Virus record (IMG/VR): IMGVR_UViG_3300008117_000046
Direction: 5' to 3' (one strand)
Length of the DNA: 20,000 nt
Origin: an uncultured virus (IMG/VR IMGVR_UViG_3300008117_000046)
Taxonomy: Duplodnaviria > Heunggongvirae > Uroviricota > Caudoviricetes
Shown here piece by piece: positions 15,091 to 20,000 of this stretch. Position numbers and translations under genes: made by a program. The stretch's first letter is position 1; each line of letters starts with the position of its first letter. The notes under the pieces are model-generated. The model did not search any database. It had not been told where the DNA came from and saw only the letters and a program-made list of their open reading frames with translations.

Positions 15091-17293
15091 TCTTCTCAGT
15101 TACCTTATCCTGCCATATACTCCGCACGTAATATAATGTCTTGAGGCCCTCACGCCACGCCTGCAGATAGACATCATTTAGATCCTTAGCAGTGGTTACG
15201 TAGTCGAGGCCATAGGCATGTTCATTGAAGTTGAATAACAACTCAGTGCTGAGACCAGTATCTATCCATTTCTGAATAACTGCTGCAGCAGAGACTACGA
15301 CACTGGGATGAGTATAGCGGCTCTCTTGATAAAAGTGAAATGCTTCCTTGATATAGAGTGGGACAATGGTATTAATGCCCGCCCCATTCTTATCAATGGT
15401 AAGACGAGAGAAGACAGGTAAGAAGGAGGCTGTGGTGCCCTGTACCAACGAGGTGCTGGAGTTAGGAGCAGTAGCCAGGATGTGAGAATTACGAATACCC
15501 GATACGATTATACGCTCCATAAGGGCATACCATCTCTCGGGGTCGGTGCTATTATTGCTGACCCACTCCTTATCACGACCGCCTAGGATAAGACCCTTAC
15601 TCCACTCACTACCAGGGAATGCAGGATAGGCCCCGCGCTCCTCTGCTAGTTCTACACTAGCCTGAGTAGTATAGAAGCAGATGTCTTCGAATAGTTTCTC
15701 TATGACATCGAGATCCTGATACTTAAGGTGTCTAATAGCTAACCAGTCAGCCAGTCCCATGACACCTACACCTATGGTACGATAGCGGTTTACATGAGCG
15801 CGAGCCTCATAAGTAGGGCTAGTAGTAAGATCACATGCGGCATCTAATAGACGAACAGCCATACGGCTGACATCAGCCATCTCATCGTCAGTAATACGAG
15901 GTAATACTAACGACAGAAGCATACAGCAATGTGAGTAGCTGCTATTGAATAAACTATATGACTCAACGCATAGGTTTACTCCACCGATAATACCCTCATG
16001 CTTATTAGGGTTAAGCGCATTAATGCGGTCTTTAAAAGCCACATAAGGAGTACCTGTCTCAAGTAGGAGCATCAGCATCTTCTTCCATATAGCCTTAGCG
16101 CTGACCTTTTTAACTACGTCGAGCGGAGGAGCGGAGGAGTTGATATACGTTTCGATGACGTGATAGGCATTGGTAAATTCATCGCCGTACATATCAGCTA
16201 ATTGATATCCAAATACATTCTTGATTTCAGTAGGGCACACTAGGTACCAGTCCTCATCGAGAATTACTCGACGCATGAACTCATCAGAGATAATGAATTG
16301 CAGCAGGATATCACGAGCCTTCGTATGTTCACTACCAGCATCACCCCGCAGGTCCATGTACTCAAGGAGGTCAGCATGCCATACGTCTATACCTACGGTA
16401 CAGGCCCCTGCGCGTACACCGCGTTGATTAGTAGCGACGATGGTAGCATTGATAATCTTAATCCAAGGGCATACACCGCCACTGGCGCCCTTCTTCTTAC
16501 GAATACGACTACCGCGGGCCCGCACCTTACTAATGCGTACGCCTACCCCACCGCCATTAGCACTCATTGCTGCTAGCTGAGAGATATTATCGAAGATACT
16601 CTCGCGACTATCATCGATATCGATTATATGACAACTACTGAGGCTACCATCGGCCTGACGCAGATTACTCATAAGAGGAGTGGCCAGGCTGATCTTACCG
16701 AGGCTGAGTAGGTCATAGGTCTTATGAGCAAAGGTCATGCGCTCGTGGGCGGGCTCCAGCATACTGAGTAGTAGTGCTTGTGTTAGCCACATCTCCTGTA
16801 GTAACTCACCCTCTAGGAGATAACGCGAGACGAGAAGATCAGCGCCGCTTATATCAAAGCGCATATCGCGCTCTGGGTCTATCCAGGTGCCGGCTTCAGC
16901 AATGTCATTAGTACTATACAAGTCTAAGAAGTTCTTTATTAGGTCTCCTTCATAGAAGCCCTCAGACCTCAGGTACTCGAAGGCCACTGGATAATTACCA
17001 TAGAGATAGCCGCGGCGGGCCTTAACCTTACGCCGCCAATCCCACATACGAAGGCGACCACTGACCTTCAGCCAATCAGGGTAATGCAAATCGGCTAATT
17101 CAGCTGCTGATCTAATCAGACCATTCTGTATCGCTTCTGTAGTGATATCATCATTAAAGCGACGACTAAGTCGCCGAGATAACTTATAGGGATCTACCTC
17201 TAGGCCCTCGCAGGCCCAGTTAATTACCTCGATAGCGCGATTGGGATCATACGGGCTTACTCTACCATCTGTGTGTATAACGTTGATTTGCAT
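15065..17293 (-). CDS. nrdA: Class I ribonucleotide reductase alpha subunit with N-terminal ATP cone
   Basis: ATPLMSN, SLSSCH, GGGVG, NLCVE, GVGVMGLAD, APNSSTS, GLKTLYY, C-terminal CQSC. Confidence 0.96.
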   Translation of the reverse strand: MQINVIHTDGRVSPYDPNRAIEVINWACEGLEVDPYKLSRRLSRRFNDDITTEAIQNGLIRSAAELADLHYPDWLKVSGRLRMWDWRRKVKARRGYLYGNYPVAFEYLRSEGFYEGDLIKNFLDLYSTNDIAEAGTWIDPERDMRFDISGADLLVSRYLLEGELLQEMWLTQALLLSMLEPAHERMTFAHKTYDLLSLGKISLATPLMSNLRQADGSLSSCHIIDIDDSRESIFDNISQLAAMSANGGGVGVRISKVRARGSRIRKKKGASGGVCPWIKIINATIVATNQRGVRAGACTVGIDVWHADLLEYMDLRGDAGSEHTKARDILLQFIISDEFMRRVILDEDWYLVCPTEIKNVFGYQLADMYGDEFTNAYHVIETYINSSAPPLDVVKKVSAKAIWKKMLMLLLETGTPYVAFKDRINALNPNKHEGIIGGVNLCVESYSLFNSSYSHCCMLLSLVLPRITDDEMADVSRMAVRLLDAACDLTTSPTYEARAHVNRYRTIGVGVMGLADWLAIRHLKYQDLDVIEKLFEDICFYTTQASVELAEERGAYPAFPGSEWSKGLILGGRDKEWVSNNSTDPERWYALMERIIVSGIRNSHILATAPNSSTSLVQGTTASFLPVFSRLTIDKNGAGINTIVPLYIKEAFHFYQESRYTHPSVVVSAAAVIQKWIDTGLSTELLFNFNEHAYGLDYVTTAKDLNDVYLQAWREGLKTLYYVRSIWQDKVTEKNECQSCAS

Positions 17294-17294
17294 A

Positions 17295-17729
17295 TTATTG
17301 TTGCTGGCTGTTTCTTATGCTATTTAATAGATCGAGCCGTTCTTGCTCTTCTGCAAACTCCTCAGTAGACAGATCTACCTCTCTACGGAACTCTTCCTCT
17401 AGTGTGCTATCTACGATAGTTAGTCGTCCATCAAATAGAGCTGGAGCACCAGTAGGAGTATAATTATTGTTAATCCCCATACTAACATCACTGCCCATAT
17501 CACTATGCCCATCAGTATGACGCGGGACACTATAGAAAATGTCATTCCTAGATTGCTGGGGCATATAACCCGCATCCTTAAGATGCTTACTCATATACTC
17601 ATTGATAACTTGCAGAGCCTGCTTGAGACTAGCTATACTACTTGTCAACTCTGATAGCGTCATATTCGCTAATTGTGCCTTATTCGGTGGTGTCACCTTA
17701 TACTGAGGTTGTGTTGTCTTGTTTGTCAT
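17295..17729 (-). CDS. Hypothetical protein, 144 aa
   Basis: ORF coupled to recA (ATGA overlap) and ending 1 nt before nrdA. Confidence 0.7.
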   Translation of the reverse strand: MTNKTTQPQYKVTPPNKAQLANMTLSELTSSIASLKQALQVINEYMSKHLKDAGYMPQQSRNDIFYSVPRHTDGHSDMGSDVSMGINNNYTPTGAPALFDGRLTIVDSTLEEEFRREVDLSTEEFAEEQERLDLLNSIRNSQQQ

Positions 17730-18784
17730 ACATGCTCGTCGTTAATTGTTTCTTCGGTGTCATCACCTGCTGCGTTGTCTTGGTACTCCGACAACTGACT
17801 GTAAATAGAATCTAGCATACTCTGGTTAATACCAGCACGAACTGCTGCTAGGCCCTGAAACTTAGTACCATCAGGTAGGGTATAGAAGGCCCCACTACGA
17901 GTAACTATACCAGTCTTAACAGCCTGACGTACAATGTCGCCCACTAGATCCACGCCCGCCAGCAGGTTCCCATTGGGGCCTGTATAGGGTAATAGTAAAT
18001 CTAACTCTGCCTCACGAAAGGGGATAGCTACTCTATTCTTAGTGTTCTTGACTGTAATAGTCATACCAGTTATAACGCCCCGCTGTTTAAGGGGATCTCC
18101 TCGTCCTAGCCGTAGTTGTATAGCAGCATTATAGGCCAGGGCCTTACCACCAGTGGAGCCGACGGGGGCCCCATAACTACCTACCTTAGTGCGATACTGA
18201 TTAATCAACACTACGGTAGCACCAGTCTTATTAGCAGCATTAACTACTTGAGGTAACTTCTTACTAAGCAGACGGGCCAATTGAGCAACAGTAGCATCAG
18301 CAGAGCCCTTCTCCATCTCAACAGCGGATATCATATTCGCTACTGAATCAATAACGACTATTTTGACTAGACCACTGTTTAATAGAGTAATAAGACTATC
18401 CATACCCTCCTCCCCTGTATCGGGGCGGAACATGGCTATCCGATCCATATCCATACCCATCATCCTGGCATAACCAACCTCGAATGACTTCTCGTGATCT
18501 AACCACGCTGCCCAGTATCCCTTAGCCTGTAATAGACTAACGCACTGTTTCATAAGTGTGGTCTTACCTACACTAGTCTCACCTGCAATCTCTACTATTT
18601 TACCTGCGGGCCACCCACCTCCTAATACATAGTCCAATGAGAATATACCACTGGGTATAAAAGTAGTAGGCTCGATAGAACTAGTAGAGCCGAGGCCCCC
18701 CATGTAATTAAGGCACTTTGCTCTAAGCTCAGTATCTAGCTTTCGAGCAAGCTTAAGTTGCTCTGAGATTTCATTCTTAGCCAT
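17726..18784 (-). CDS. recA: RecA/UvsX recombinase
   Basis: SGIFSLDYVLGGGWPAGKIVEIAGETSVGKTT, VVIDSVA, INQYR, TGGKALAYNA, KNRVAIPFREAE. Confidence 0.95.
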   Translation of the reverse strand: MAKNEISEQLKLARKLDTELRAKCLNYMGGLGSTSSIEPTTFIPSGIFSLDYVLGGGWPAGKIVEIAGETSVGKTTLMKQCVSLLQAKGYWAAWLDHEKSFEVGYARMMGMDMDRIAMFRPDTGEEGMDSLITLLNSGLVKIVVIDSVANMISAVEMEKGSADATVAQLARLLSKKLPQVVNAANKTGATVVLINQYRTKVGSYGAPVGSTGGKALAYNAAIQLRLGRGDPLKQRGVITGMTITVKNTKNRVAIPFREAELDLLLPYTGPNGNLLAGVDLVGDIVRQAVKTGIVTRSGAFYTLPDGTKFQGLAAVRAGINQSMLDSIYSQLSEYQDNAAGDDTEETINDEHV

Positions 18785-18867
18785 ATTTATATCTCAATAA
18801 ATTAACACTCCGCTCACGCGCGCTGCAAGACTAATCGTATAGCCAGAGAACGCGCGGGGCTCTATTT

Positions 18868-19362
18868 CTAATTGTGGGCCTCTACCGTATCTGCAAATAA
18901 CATAGCATCAAGTGCACGTATCATTGTATATTTATGCGGCGTGAGTAAACCTGACATAACTATAGTAACCAGAAGTATTATAATAGTCTCAAGATAAATA
19001 CAAGGGCGACGCCGATACCTAGATAAGCTAATGGTTTTATAAATAGGCACGACGTCAGATAATACCATGTCCCCTACCACCATGTCTTCTATGCGGCGCA
19101 GGAACAGGGCAAGGTTATTCGTCTTATCTATCTTCTGTATATGGATAAGCCTATATACGGCGGGCAAGGATATAATAGGTATATCCCTTGCACCATTAGT
19201 ATCAGTAATAGTAAAGGTAGCGCACTCCTTAGGATTTAGCGCCTCTGTGCTACGGAGGCCTAATACATTGAGTATGTCGTCCTTTACAAACCAGGGTTGC
19301 TTACATTTGATAATTACCCGTATCACGGTACTATTAAAGATGTAAGTTCTTATGTTAGGCAT
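18868..19362 (-). CDS. BRO-N (antirepressor-like) domain protein with hydrophobic C-terminal segment
   Basis: FNSTVIRVII..QPWFVKDDILNVLG...IISLPAVYRLI is the BRO-N pattern. Confidence 0.75.
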   Translation of the reverse strand: MPNIRTYIFNSTVIRVIIKCKQPWFVKDDILNVLGLRSTEALNPKECATFTITDTNGARDIPIISLPAVYRLIHIQKIDKTNNLALFLRRIEDMVVGDMVLSDVVPIYKTISLSRYRRRPCIYLETIIILLVTIVMSGLLTPHKYTMIRALDAMLFADTVEAHN

Positions 19363-19445
19363 GGTTTATTAGATTACAGGCTATGGAGTGAAGAGCCTAT
19401 CATTAACCATTATTCTTTATGTGGTCTAATAGAGCCATAATTAGC

Positions 19446-19887
19446 CTAAGTAGTAAGCTTTGGTTTTATCCATAACGTCGATCCATCAGATGTCCAGCAT
19501 AGAATCGCAAGCTCAGGCCACTTCATCTGCAGAGCTCGGAGCTCTGCAGATGAGAATACTGACTCCTGCCCTTCGTATCCAAGGATTTCATCTAAAGGCT
19601 TAACCTGATTGTTACTGATATCATTGTTGTAAGCTAATGTGTGGGTTTTATTATCCATGCCGCGGATAGATAGCAACCACTTCTCGAAATCATCCGTAGG
19701 GCAATTATTATCCTCTAGAATTACAGCTAGATCATCTGCTGATACCCACAGTCTATCTGACTCCATGAGCTTTGAGTAAATACTACAATTGAGTACCTCC
19801 CCTAAGGACACAGCGTCTATATACACATTACTGTTATCAGCTAGTCCGTATACAACCCTGTCATTATAAATTGCCTTTAATTCTTCC
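19446..19887 (-). pseudogene. 3' part of a hypothetical phage gene interrupted by an IS605-type insertion
   Basis: The open frame (EELKAIYNDRVVYG...) continues up to the IS end at 19888. The ORF-track start at 19973 lies inside the IS. Confidence 0.6.
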
Positions 19888-20000
19888 TTGACATCCTCAC
19901 CGCCGTAAACGGACGGTGATTCCCAAACCTCACGATTTAGGTTTCTGCTTCTTTCCCTTGCGGGGTTCCGCACCTGCCTTAACAGATTTACTCTGTTCTG
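19888..20000 (-). mobile_element. Right end / reRNA (omegaRNA) of an IS200/IS605 tnpB element; remainder lies beyond the right edge
   Basis: Minus strand ...AAACCTAAATCGTGAGGTTTGGGAATCACCGTCCGTTTACGGCGGTGAGGATGTCAA|: subterminal hairpin TCACCG..CGGTGA followed by GGATGTCAA, the typical TnpB element terminus. Confidence 0.82.

Noticed and set aside
12382..18784. Inteins or introns in nrdA, nrdB or recA
   Set aside because: Lengths are normal and conserved motifs are contiguous.
627..19345. All plus-strand ORFs in the track (e.g. 3468..3983, 12512..12817, 16298..16576) and minus-strand 1418..1651, 11511..11693
   Set aside because: Antisense or off-frame shadows of well-supported minus-strand genes, with no recognisable motifs.
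19888..19973. Native N-terminus of the 175-aa ORF 19446..19973
   Set aside because: This segment is the IS605 right-end hairpin, not original coding sequence.

Overview
A fragment of a large cyanophage genome closely resembling Microcystis phage Ma-LMM01/MaMV-DC (recognised from gene content and order, not by database search). All credible genes are on the minus strand. The core is a replication/nucleotide-metabolism module: BRO-N, recA/uvsX, nrdA, nblA, a degenerate RNA-ligase-like gene, nrdB, rIIA, rIIB, phoH, dUTPase, a family A DNA polymerase split into two genes with a 50-codon ORF between them, and a beta-clamp-like gene. The first 3 kb is a hotspot of IS200/IS605-type OMEGA (IsrB/IscB) elements with three omegaRNA (HEARO-like) scaffolds. 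The first precedes a PLMP/RuvC-I/bridge-helix nuclease gene that runs off the left edge. The second precedes an isrB copy cut off by the first element. The third has its nuclease gene replaced, at the start codon, by an unrelated 118-aa coiled-coil cargo ORF. A short array of five degenerate left-end hairpin stubs lies next to the second scaffold. The right edge holds the right end of a TnpB-type IS605 element inserted into a phage gene.
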